NCBI RefSeq assembly: GCF_006345805.1
Contig: NC_043008.1
Span: 49,538,001 to 49,602,000 of the forward strand
DNA length: 64,000 bases
Direction: 5' to 3'
Origin: Octopus sinensis
Lineage: Eukaryota
In this document: piece by piece, positions 38,256 through 50,163 of the stretch
Layout of the letters: every line of letters starts with the position of its first letter
How positions within the stretch are numbered: the first letter of the stretch is position 1
Translations under genes and position numbers: made by a program
The notes under the pieces: generated by a model
The model's database searches: none
Seen by the model: only the letters and a program-made list of their open reading frames with translations
Told to the model about the DNA's origin: nothing

Positions 38256-39504
38256 CGTGACCTAAAAACATAATTATCACCAGAAGATTACATTTCAAAA
38301 TTACATTAATATCCAACTAACACACACACACAGACATTTCACTGGTTTATTACAATGCTGACTTAACAGTAATGTCTGAAAGAGATGCTAATAATAGGTA
38401 CAACTTCAGTAAAATGCAAGCTAGACACTACACTGCTGTTTCTCAAAAATTTGAACATCGTAACAAAAATACAGCCGTTGACACTATAAAAACAAACTGC
38501 TTAAAAGACAGACTAAAAAATAAATAAATGAATGAATGAATGGAAACTTTACCGGTGAGTGTGTTAAATAATAAGACACCAAAAGAGAATGACTCTCCCC
38601 AGACATAATAAAATATGCTTCAACATACAAATTCACATAAAGAATCTTGCAAATCAAACACAGAAACGAAATATTGTTACCTTGTTTTATTAATTTTAAT
38701 TTTTTTATAACATGTTTTTCAAGACGTCCAACCATTAGAATGGGTTTTTTTTGAAAATTTAATTAATATTTTTTTTTTTAAATCACAAGTGCAGGAGTGG
38801 CTGTGTGGTAAGTAGCTTGCTTACCAACCACATGGTTCTGGCTTCAGTCCCACTGTGTGGCACCTTGGGCAAGTGTCTTCTACTATAGCCTCGAGCCGAC
38901 CAAATCCTTGTGAGTGGATTTGGTAGACGGAAACTGAAAGAAGCCCATCGTATATATATGTATATGTGTGTGTGTGTGTGTTTGTGTCTCCGTAACTTAG
39001 CGGAGATAGAATAATTACTAGGCTTACAAAGAATAAGTACTGGGGTCGATTTGCTCGACTAAAGGCGGTGCTGCAGCATGGCCGCAATCAAATCACTGAT
39101 ACAAGTAAAAGAGAGTAAAGAGTACACCTAAGTATCCTTTGCATACACTTTCATTGTTGCTAAAGCATCATTACCAGTTTGCTTTTATGTTTCACAGCAC
39201 AGCTGAAAGGGAACCTCCAGTTTGCAAAGTGAAAATGGTACGCTATAGTCTAGGATCACTAAACAAATAGACATAAAAAATGTGTGATTGCCTCATAATA
39301 CGAGGCTTTCCCCCCACCTCCATATTTTAAAGGTCTCAGGCCAGCAGTGTTTGGGGTCTGAAAATATGTCATAAGGCTAGACCCTTTATGAGTGAGAAAC
39401 CCAGGATAACCCTATAAACTAGCCTACCCCACTATGAGTTTTAACTGCTCTACATCTTTGGGTGTGCTTCTTCTCTGGATTTATGTATATCTACAAACGA
39501 TCCT

Positions 39505-40312
39505 ATCATTATCATCATTGTCGTTTAACGTCCGCTTTTCATGCTGGCATGGGTTGGACGGTTTGAGTGAGGACTGGCAAGCCAGAAGGCTGTACCAGGC
39601 TCCAATCTCATCTGGCAAGGTTTCTACAGCTGGATGCCCTTCCTAATGCCAGCCACTCTGAGAGCGTAGTGGGTGCGTTTTACGCACAACAAGCAAGAGG
39701 GCCAGTCAGGTGGTACTGGCATCAGCCACGACTTCACTTGCCTCAACAAGCCTTCGCAAGCGCAGTTTATTGCCCAGTGATTGAAGGGTGCTCTTAAATG
39801 AGCTGGTTATGCTGCACTGGCATAGGACACAGTTATGGTCTCACTTGGCTTGCTGGGTCTTCTCAAGCATATCTCCAAAGGTCTCGGTCACTAGTCATTG
39901 CCTCAGTGAGGCCCAATGTTCGAAGGTCGTGCTTCACCACCTCATCCCATATCTTTCTGGGTCTACCTCTTCCACAGGTTCCCTCAACTGCAAAGGTGTG
40001 ACACTGCTTCACACAGCAGTCCTCATCCATATGCAACACCTGACCATACCAGCACATTCGTCTCTCTTGCACACCACATCTGATGCTTCTTAAATCCAAC
40101 TTTTTTTCTCAGGGCACTTACACTCTGTCGTGTAAGCACACTGACATTACATATCCAGCAGAGCATACTGGCTTCATTTCTTGCAAGCTTACGCATTTCC
40201 TCAGCAGTCACGGTCCATGTTTCATTGCCATGTAGTATGATCGTTCGCACACATTCGTTATACAGTCTACCTTTTACTCTGAGCAAGAGGCCCTTTGTCA
40301 CCAGCAGAGGTA
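39505..40312 (-). mobile_element. 5'-truncated RTE-clade LINE (ORF C-terminus, 3' UTR, GAT-repeat tail)
   Basis: KGRLY..CVR...LHG.ETW, RR..WYG.V, GRGRPRK.W..VV..DL, contiguous with the abundant GGAAGGGCATCCAGC...AAACGATGAT tail. Confidence 0.85.
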
Positions 40313-40392
40313 TAGGTGTGTGTATATGTGCATATATAGGGGATTGTGGTGAAGGTAAAGAATACGCATACCCGGTGGTTAGGGTTTTTGTT

Positions 40393-40695
40393 TAAAAGCC
40401 ATTTAAAAACACACAAAAACCGTTGATTCACTTCAATATTTAAATTTAATTTGTCAAAATATTTTCGTCGCTTTGAGATCGCGACCTGTTCACTGACAAA
40501 ATTCGGAATTTTGTCAGTGAACAGGTTTCATAGCGATGAAAATATTTTGACAAATTAAATTTAAATGTTGAAGTGAATCAACGGTTTTTGTGTGTTTTTA
40601 AATGGCTTATAAACACTTTCCACGCTGCAATTGTTTTCGTTCCAGCACACGATCTCAGATCAGGTCACTTGCTATGCAAGTACATCTCCGTAATC
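40393..40695. mobile_element. Palindromic Penelope-like insertion with 13-bp TSD
   Basis: About 110-bp arms centred on AAAATTC-G-GAATTTT (~40505); direct repeat TAGGGTTTTTGTT at 40380-92 and 40696-708; hammerhead fold in the arm. Confidence 0.7.
40450..40500 (-). ncRNA. Hammerhead fold with G3-C8 covariant core
   Basis: tttgtca-GTGAACA-g-gtcgc gatctcaaa gcgac-GAAA-atat-TT-tgacaaa. Confidence 0.55.
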
Positions 40696-43600
40696 TAGGG
40701 TTTTTGTTACGCCGAAAACAGGTGGTGTGCATATTCTTAATCTCCGCCGTTGATTGTATATGAGGTGGTTGTTTCCTTTTGCGAAAGAGTTTTCTGTTCC
40801 CAAAATTTCATTTTTAAAAAATAATTTGTCCCCTAATTCCAAGTCCTTTCTGTTGTAAATTTATATTTCTTGTCTCACGAGACAGGTGAAACAATAAAAA
40901 TCACCAAAACTGAAAATGAATTATTTGAATGATTATCCAGATCCCTAAATATGGTTAGGTGAGGGATCCAAGTTTTACCAACAACAATATGACGATATGA
41001 AAACAATAATGAGAAAGGAAATAGTGTTGTTTCAAATTACTGATGTTCCTCGATACAATAAAGGAGAAAAGAGTAATTTAAAAGTAAAATTGAATCAAAA
41101 TTAGACGTTCAATAAATACAAGACGGTATTGGCCTATAACGTACTCTTTTCTCTTTCTACGAGGATTTTCCATTGGTAATATATTAATTTCATGTTCTCT
41201 AATTGTTTATTTATTTCATTGATTCCTGGTATAAAAAAACTATTTAAAGTCTCTGCAATTTACATATGAGCATGGCGAGGGCTGAGCATTGACTAAAAGT
41301 TAGCATTGATCTACGTAAAGAAGATTTCCTTTCGAACCTCTATAATTGCTGCAATACAAAGGTCTTCATTTATCTAAAATTAGTATTACTTATTATTATT
41401 ATCAGTATTGCTCACATGTTATTTCCCCACAAAACTGAAAGTAAACCTCAAATTTGCAAAAGCGAAAACGATACGCTATACTCCAAGATCACCATTCATT
41501 GCTCATACACGTGTGTGAATATTTTTTTTTTTCTGCTGTGAATGCAGGCAAGTTCAATCTCACTGCTCGACCCCTCAGGCAACTGTCTTCTATTACAGAT
41601 ACGGGTCGATCAGAATGGGATCTGGGAGACAAAAAATCATGTAGAACCCGTGTGTGTGTGTATCCTTCGTTGATGTAAATCGATGATAAAAGCTAAAATA
41701 ATAAAAAAATAAAAATAACGGTGCTCTTGTAGCTAAGTCCTTTAGCGATGGTTGTACATCGAGTTGCATATTCTCCTTATCACTTTTTACCGTCAAAACC
41801 ACGAATGAATCAATGATCGATCCAATTAAAATGTACAACGATTAAATGTTTACTAACAGCACTATAGAAAATAAATTCTATTCGGTTTAACCATGGTTAA
41901 TAATCTGGAAAAAAGACGAACTCGACAGAATCGTAAGATGCCGGTCCAGGGACCTCGTACGCTGTCCACGGTAGGCAGCTACTTCTTTAGACATTTCAGG
42001 CTAAATGTACTATTACATTAATATTTTTTGATGCACCAGTATGCATCCAAATGGAAAAACCTGGCACTGTTTTCGTTTCCAAGGCCACTTGAAAATGAAA
42101 AAAAATAATTCACATCTAACTTTATTTGCAGGTATTCCTTCTACCTTTCTAAGAAACATTCCGGGCACAGCCAAGTGCGATTCGGGCCGGTTAGATATAA
42201 AGTTTCCATGTGAACTGTGCCCTCGGATCTCTTTAAGGTGATGCAACAAAACGAAATGCATTTTCACCTTAAGGGTCGCTAAAAACAAAAAAAAACTGTT
42301 GTACTTAATAAATATTAATTTATCCAAAAAGTTGTCGAATAAACTGTTAAGTCGCAACTAAAATTCATTTTACAAAAAAATTAAATAAAATTATTTATTT
42401 TTCAGTATTTAGTCCCTCTCGCAAAATTAACATTTACATAATTAAATAAAATTTTCAAGAAATATTTCTCTAAAAATCGTGATATATACTATTCGAAAAT
42501 TATATAATACTTAAAGAAAAAGTAAAGCAAAGCAAAATTGAAATATATTCACCAAAAGAAAGAAGTTTAAGAAAACTAGTCCACTTGTTCGGTAGTTCGT
42601 GTCAGACTGAATCATCAGCAGCTCAGTGGTGGTTTGTGAACATCTGAGGCCGGCTGTATGTAAATATATATTTTTAAAAAAATCATTATGTGACATATGA
42701 GCTTTTTCTTTATTGTTTCTTTATCTTATAATGTTATTTATTTAATTTTTATACAAGAATATTTTCGGCAATAGATAATGCAAATATTCTTTTTTTAATT
42801 ACCTAATTAATGTGTGTGTGGCGGGGTATCAATGACCCAATACTCGTTAATTTAGACTCTTTTCAATTTTACCGTGGGAAAGAAATATATACTTTTAAGA
42901 GTATTTTTTCCGTCAGTTACATTGTCATTCATTGAAATCCTGTCATCTTAGCTCAGAGGATTCGTAAGACTCAGAAGTATGTCACAAAATATTTTTAGTG
43001 GGTCAGGGACACTATAAAAAATTCAAGTTGGATAAATTGTATTTTGTATTGATCCTAAAGGTTTCACAAGTACACTAATTTTTTCTTTCTTTTTGAATTA
43101 ATTTGATATTCCTACTTTTCACATCTACCAAAGTTTTTTTGTTCGTTTGTTTATTAAATAAATTACAGTTTGATTTAAATTTGAATATTTCATTTAATCG
43201 ATAAAAGATGGATTACTGGTTTAGAAGTTCACTTGGCAAGCACAGAATCCCAAGTTCGATCTCGCTACGTGGCACATTGAACAAATGCCTCGGAGGGTGG
43301 CGAGCTGGTAGAATCAATAGCGTGTCGGACTAAATGCTTAGCAGCATTTCTTCCGGCTCTTTACGCTCTGAGTTCAAATATCGCCGAGGTCAGCTTTGAC
43401 TTTCATATTTTCGGGGTTGATAAACTATCTACCTATAACGTCGCATCACCCCATAGTTTGCAAGTGAAATCGGGTAGACGATACCCGAAAAGAAGCCCGT
43501 CGGGTGGATTGTGTCTGTAATTCAAAAGATGTCTTTAGGATATTTTAAAACATTTTAAGTCATGGCAGGCGAAAAAGATTCCGCGCCAGTGGCCTAGCGA

Positions 43601-44503
43601 AGCCGTAGATACACAGCAAGAGATGTAACCCTTCTCCCATTTTGCCTAATTATCAAACAAACCATGTTTTCCACCGGCCACCTGTCCATTATTCGTCAAT
43701 GCTTACGCATCAATCTCTCTCACAATTTTTCATTCATCAGAACCACGTCTGACTGAATTATCTCCCTTTAAATGTTGACTTGTCAATTATCTTCAGAAAA
43801 TGAAACTAAACAAAAATCTCAGTCGATTATACTGACCGAAATTGCTTGGAAATGGCACCTTAGTATGGAGGCACTTCAACAACTGGAATCAGTAAAAGCA
43901 GGATTTATTTAGTGATCCTAAATGCTTACGAGGTGTTTGTAAAAGCATACAGCCACTACTTCCACAAGCACCATCACAATTATTAAATATATATTACTAT
44001 TATGCTCTATTGGCTTTTAGATTCCACTCTATAGCCAGTGACACGTATGGGCTGCACTCTACAATGATAACAAGTATACAGCGATGATACACGTGTTTTC
44101 GGTGAGTGTAGAGAACTATAGCGCGATTTGGAAGAAAACGGGAATATATCAAAATGGTATAGTTTTCTTGAAATACCGAAACGAAAACGAAATATAGTCT
44201 AGCTTTGGAGGAAAATACTTTCAATTCAAAAGCACGTGTATTATGAGGAGGAAAAATTGGGAACATAAAATTTGAAATATTACCTGAAAAATAATGTTTT
44301 TTTTATTAAAAAAATAGTAAAAAAACTGACAACTTTATTTTAAAGATGTAATGACGTAAAAAAATTGTTTCATTTAAAAATATTACGTGAAAAATAAATT
44401 TAGGTGACACAGATTTACTAAGTCTCTAATTTCAGCTAACTCATTGTTATATTACTGTGTAATGAATATTTATATTATCTTTCAATGTTTTTTTCTAACC
44501 CAA

Positions 44504-44761
44504 TGCAGGGTACGGCAGAAAGGTTGCCCTGATTTCAAAGATTAATAAAAAGAAAACACATGAAGATACAATAAAAATCATTGTAATTCCACGAAGTACA
44601 TTAAATGCTGTCCTCTCCAAGCCATGGTGGGTACTACCTGATACAGAAGAAAAATGGCATTTAATGAACTTCATAGAAATAGAAAGCTTTTTCATGCATC
44701 TTCGTGTGTTCGTTTTTTATTAACCTTTGAAATCAGGGCAACCTTTCTGCCGCACCCTGTA
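44504..44761. repeat. Inverted repeat with ~73-bp arms
   Basis: GGCAGAAAGGTTGCCCTGATTTCAAAG in 44504-44576 mirrored in 44688-44761. Confidence 0.8.
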
Positions 44762-46545
44762 CTTCAACCTTACCGAGGTTTCTACTTTTCAATAAGGAAA
44801 GCTTTATGTTCGTTTGAAAGAATTATACTGAACTGAACAAAATCCTGAAATACAATAATTTGTTGGTGATTTATATTTTCAGCATATGACATCTAACTTC
44901 TTCCGTGGGTAGAAGGGACTCTGTAACTAATTTTTTGTCTTCGTCAGCATCTCTTCTTACCGAAAAGAAAGACCAATTGACTCTCATTTGGCTATAGCAA
45001 TACCTCAGCCTGGAAAGACACACGTTTCCTAATGTAGTTCTAAATAACGCACTCGTTCATAAACCTGAATGGTCATGGCTGTAACACCATTCACCATTCG
45101 TCTGGTAGTTTAGTGTTGTCATAGAAATAACATGAACAACATATTTCTTTTCCTCTCTCCCTACGTATTTTTCTTTTTGATGAAGAGCTAATGTTCGAAA
45201 CATTATGATACTTATATTAACTTCTCAACCAGTAAACTAGTACCGTTTTTATCATACTTTGTTTCTCGTATTGCAGCTTTGTAATGATGTCACCTTGCTG
45301 GCCAGACAGTCGATCAGTCGGGCTAATATTCCCACTGAGCAGAACGACAATGTCACAGCGGAGGGTGACACATTTACAGCTGAGTGAACTGGAGCAATGT
45401 GAAGTGAAGTGTTTTGCTCAAGAGCACAACATAAAGCCAGGTCTGAAAATTGAAACTACGATCACAAGATCGTTAATGCTATCCTAACCACTAGGCTACA
45501 CGTATGCGCATGCACACACACACAGGTCAATAAAGTGCCCGTTACACAGTCACTTGATCTGTTAGCAACTAAATCTCCCTCAAATCATAGCCTACACTTA
45601 AGAAAAAGGAAAAAAAAAAAAAATTGTGCTAAGAAGATAATATCATGAAGACACCCTGTACCCTTGTAAAAGACAGAATAAGAAAAAGTAGTCCTTGTTA
45701 TATATAAAAAAACGCACGATTATTATGTGGCTTTTGTTGTAGGTCTGTTCAATCAGAACCACTTTTGGGTAATCTGTTGCTAAAAATATTTCCATCAAAC
45801 GTGGAACCCTTTTCATCATGGATTCTGAAACTTTCTTCGCGTTTGATGTATTCTAACTTTTACATTCCAATGTGAAAATATGGATTAAATAATCGCTAAA
45901 TATGGAAGCTCAAGGCACTGCCAGAACTATCTTTAAGATAGCGTGTTAGTTCTCGTATGTAAATATGATAATTTTCAACAAGGGTGCAGACCATATGTAT
46001 TGTGGGAGAGTACAGTTGATTTTATATAAAAGTGCTCTGTGTGTGTGTGTAACTATTACACATTCTTTTATTTACTATATACTTACCTTATTAATATTTA
46101 AATTTCCTCTATCATCTCTAGTTAATTTATTCATTTATTGTTCTAATTCTATTTACCTACCCTATCTTATCTTCAATCAACTTGTAAACCTCTCGCCTGA
46201 ACATATTACAATACAACTCATAAATAATATCATTCAGTCTGCTATAATGAATTCATAAACACATAAAATAGCCAAGGGTGTATTTTTTCCCCCTCTGAAG
46301 AATTCATGCTCAGGTCTTGCAAATATGAATTTATTTATTTAATATTTACTGAGTATTAATTGGAACAGCTGTAAGTGAAGATGATTAATTTGCTGTTAAT
46401 AATAAACAATTAACTTCCCAATCTCCATTTTCTTTTTCTTCTTTTATATGAATATAAACCTATATGTTTTTATATATATATACCTATTATTTTAAGGAAA
46501 TTAATTCCCCCAAAATACTAGGTTTGTATATATATATATATATAG

Positions 46546-46945
46546 CGTAGGAGTGGCTGTGTGGTAAGTAGCTTGCTAACCAACCACATGGTTCCGGGTT
46601 CAGTCCCACTGCGTGGCATCTTGGCCAAGTGTCTTCTGCTATAGCCCCAGGCCGACCAATGCCTTGTGAGTGGATTTGGTAGTCGGAAACTGAAAGAAGC
46701 CCGTCGTATATATGTATATATATGTATGTGTGTATGTTTGTTTGTCTGTGTTTGTCCCCCTAGCATTGCTTGACAACCGATGCTGGTGTGTTTATGTCCC
46801 CGTCACTTAGCGGTTTGGCAAAAAGAGACCGATAGAATAAGTACTGGGCTTACAAAGAATAAGTCCGGGGTCGATTTGCTCGACTAAAGGCGGTGCTCCA
46901 GCATGACCGCAGTCAAATGACTGAAACAAGTAAAAGAGTAAAGAG
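46546..46945 (+). mobile_element. SINE family B (tRNA-like head, internal microsatellite); other copies ~2600-2985, 10400-10925(-), 22149-22512, 30975-31335(-), 38790-39122, 53685-54130(-), 55225-55858(-)
   Basis: A-box TGGCTGTGTGG, B-box GGTTCAGTCCC, CORE-like (A)CCTTGGGCAAGT, variable TA/TG middle, GTAAAAGA tail. Confidence 0.85.
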
Positions 46946-47384
46946 TATATATATATACACACACATATACATAAATATGTGGACGCACATGGCTTTGTGG
47001 CTAGAGCAGCGGACTCGCAGTCAAGGGATTGTGAGTTCGAATCTCAGACCAGGCAATGTGTATAGTTATGAGCGAAAAACCTAAGCTCCACGTGGCAGAA
47101 GGTAATAGCGAACTTCTGCTGACTCTTTTGCCACAACTTACTCTCACTCTTTTCTCTTGCATCTTGCATCTCACCTGCGACGGACTGGCATCCCGTCCAG
47201 GTGGGGAACCTATACACTAAGTAAACAGGGAAACTGGCCCTAATGAGCCAGGCGTAGCTCGAGAAGGAACAAACAAAAACATACATAAATATACATACAT
47301 ATATATATATGCATATACATATATATATATACATCTACATATACATTATATATATATGTGTGTGTATATATATATATATATATA

Positions 47385-48212
47385 TCATCATCATCATCAT
47401 CATCATCATTTAGCGTCCGTTTTCCATGCTAGCATGGGTTGGACGGTTCTACTGGGGTCTGTGAAGCCAGAAGGCTTCATCAGGCCCAGTCAAATCTGGC
47501 AGTGTTTCTACGGCTGGATGCCCTTCCTAACGCCAACCACTCCGTGAGTGTAGTGGGTGCTTTTTACGTGCCACCCGCACTGGTGCCAGACAGAGCTGGC
47601 AAACGGCCACGAACGGATGGTGCTTTTTATGTGCCACCGGCACGAGGGCCAGGCGAGGCTGGCAACGGACACGAAACGGGGCGGTGCTGGCAACGGTCGC
47701 GAAACGGAAAGTTCTCTTACATGCCACCGGCACTGGTAACACATCTGCAATTCCATTGATCGATTTCCATTGATCGATTTCGATTCTGATCCTCACTTGC
47801 CTCAATGGGTCTTCACAAGCAGAGTTTCGACATGCCACCGGCACTGGTAGCACATCCGCAATTTCCATTGATCGATTTCGATTCTGATCCTCACTTGCCT
47901 CAACACGTCTTCACAAGTAGAGTTTTGTGTCCCAAGAAGGGAAGGTATGCATACGTAGGCTGGCTCCATCCCATGTAGAAGGCCACGGGTTGTGGACTCA
48001 CTTGTCCTGCCGGGTCTTCTCGCGCACAGCACACTTCCAGAGGTCTCGGTCTCTAGTCATTTCCTCAGTGAGACCTAAAGTTCGAAGGTCGTGCTTCACC
48101 ACCTCGTCCCAGGTTTTCCTGGGTCTGCCTCTTCCACAGGTTCCCTCAACCACTAGGGTGTGGCACTTTTTCACACAACTATCTTCATCCATTCTCGCCA
48201 CATGACCATACC
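47385..48212 (-). mobile_element. 5'-truncated RTE-clade LINE, same family
   Basis: WYGHVARMDEDSCVKKC..VEGTCGRGRPRKTW then internally repetitive 3' UTR and (GAT)n tail. Confidence 0.85.
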
Positions 48213-48610
48213 AAATCAAAATAAGCAACAGGGATATGCAGAGGTAATGCAGTATGATCGTTTCATGCAACTCCATTTAATTGAGCAATGCAACCATTAC
48301 ATCAATTTAGATGCAGAGCAATCCTCAGCTGCACAAAGACATAGAATTTAATTAAATTAAAACAGATGGACACATTAGTATAATTTTACTTAAAATCTCC
48401 AAGAAGTTAAGGAGATAGACAAAGAACATGCTGTCTTCACTTCAGCTTAGAAGCTACTAAGGTATCAGGAAGAAAGACTTGTTACAGATTTTGCTTGTCA
48501 CTGTTTTATGGGGTTAGTTTTAATTTATAGACTAATTTTATCAAATCCTTGTATATCTAAGGCTGAGAGAATAGGGACAGTATCTGTTAGGGGTAGGGCC
48601 AAGAGAGTCT

Positions 48611-49269
48611 ACAGAAATCCTAGTGGGGTAAAGTCATAAAAATCAAGTTTTATTTGAAGCAATATCATGAGATTTGGTAAAGGAAAACTTAAATCAAGAT
48701 ATTAGCTGACAATTAAGGGAGCTGGATTATAATTAAATTAATATATAGTTAGCATGTTCTTTTACCTCAGTACTTCTTTATTAAATACCAGTATATAGCA
48801 ATTGATCAATATTCACTGATACCATCTGATAAGTTAGTATTTAAGTTTATAATATGTATGAATATTAATTTATTTCTGGAGAATTTCTTTTTCCTCCCTC
48901 TATTGTGGTAAAAGTTTGATATATGCTCAAAAGTATTCATAAAACATTTTATCCTTTTGTTATAATTCTTCTTCTTAATAATCCTCTGAGTAACTCTAAA
49001 CTTTAACTTTATACAATAAAGCAGTATTGCTTAAAATATTAACTACATGATAAGATTTCCCCTGTTTCATTATCAATGGTCTGCCGCTGGCAAGCCCCTT
49101 TAATTGTCAGCTAACATCTTGATTTAAGTTTTCCTTTACCAAATCCCATGATAATGCTTCAAATAAGTCTTGATTATTATGACTATACCCATTAGGATTT
49201 CTGTTTCTCGCCATAAAGGTACCCTTTATGATGCGAAACCCAGGGTCACCCTATAAGCTGGCCTTCATC

Positions 49270-49275
<6 letters not shown>
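48611..49275. repeat. Inverted repeat 48611-48725 / ~49090-49205 next to a partial hammerhead core (49200-49275, minus)
   Basis: GATTTGGTAAAGGAAAACTTAAATCAAGAT arm in both orientations; CTGATGA-a-ggcca...tggc-ga-GAAAC. Confidence 0.55.
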
Positions 49276-49306
<31 letters not shown>

Positions 49307-49540
49307 AGCCAAAGATCAAGGTGTAGGAAGAAAGTTATACTTCGAGCAATCCATGGTAAATATAAAAAATAACTCTGAGGGACAATTGTGGCTTATTGAG
49401 ACCGAAAGTTGAAGATTCTGTTTTTGTATCGAAGTACGATAAAATGCAAGAATTTCTTTTTTAGATTTCACAGTAGGCAACCAGGGTTGCTAGGCATGTG
49501 GAAAAAAATACAGGAGTTAACGAATGGAATAGATTAGTTC

Positions 49541-49830
49541 TGGACTACAAATGTTTCATAGCGAGCGGAACCTTGGAAGTGGTAAATATCCAAGTGAGGT
49601 GTTTACTGCAGACTATTCTTCAGGCCAAGCATATCTTGAGTAGATGAAAGATTACATTGTGGCAAGGAGGTAGATGTTGAGGCATGGAAGATGCCATCAG
49701 AATGTGTGACAATGTAAACTTTTATTTTATCAAGATATCCTTAGCCTTGGCCTGAAGAGTAGCCTGCGGTATACACCTCGCTTGGATATTTATCACCTCC
49801 AATGTTCTGCTCACTATGAAATATATGTAC
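49541..49830. repeat. Inverted repeat (arms ~49554-49629 / 49746-49821), each arm with a hammerhead core and long stem II
   Basis: Minus strand tggc-CTGAAGA-atag...ctat-GAAA-catttg-TA-gtcca; plus-strand arm CTGAAGA-gtag...ctat-GAAA. Confidence 0.6.
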
Positions 49831-49897
49831 CCTGAATCTTATCTACTCCATTTCTCTCTCTATATCTATACACACACACACACACACACACATATAT

Positions 49898-49928
<31 letters not shown>

Positions 49929-50033
49929 CCGGAGTAAACACATAAATGTGAAACAAGGTGGAAAAAAAGAGTACTCAAATACCAGTGGTAGAGTAATATG
50001 CTTTATTTAAAGCAGCAGAAAATTCAACAAAAC

Positions 50034-50071
50034 CTGTTACTCTGAGTTTCTCGTTGCCGTTCATCAGACAG
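50034..50071 (-). ncRNA. Minimal type-I hammerhead ribozyme motif
   Basis: ctgt-CTGATGA-acg gcaa cga-GAAA-ctc a gag-TA-acag: stem I ctgt/acag, canonical core, GNRA-capped short stem II, stem III, GUA site. Confidence 0.7.
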
Positions 50072-50120
50072 TTTTTGTTAGAATGGACCATTCTATATAT
50101 ATATATATATATATACATAC

Positions 50121-50163
<43 letters not shown>

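Noticed and set aside
44580-44637. Perfect Kozak CCACCATGG after an acceptor-like site on the minus strand
   Set aside because: Only a 15-codon ORF, lying in the spacer of an inverted repeat
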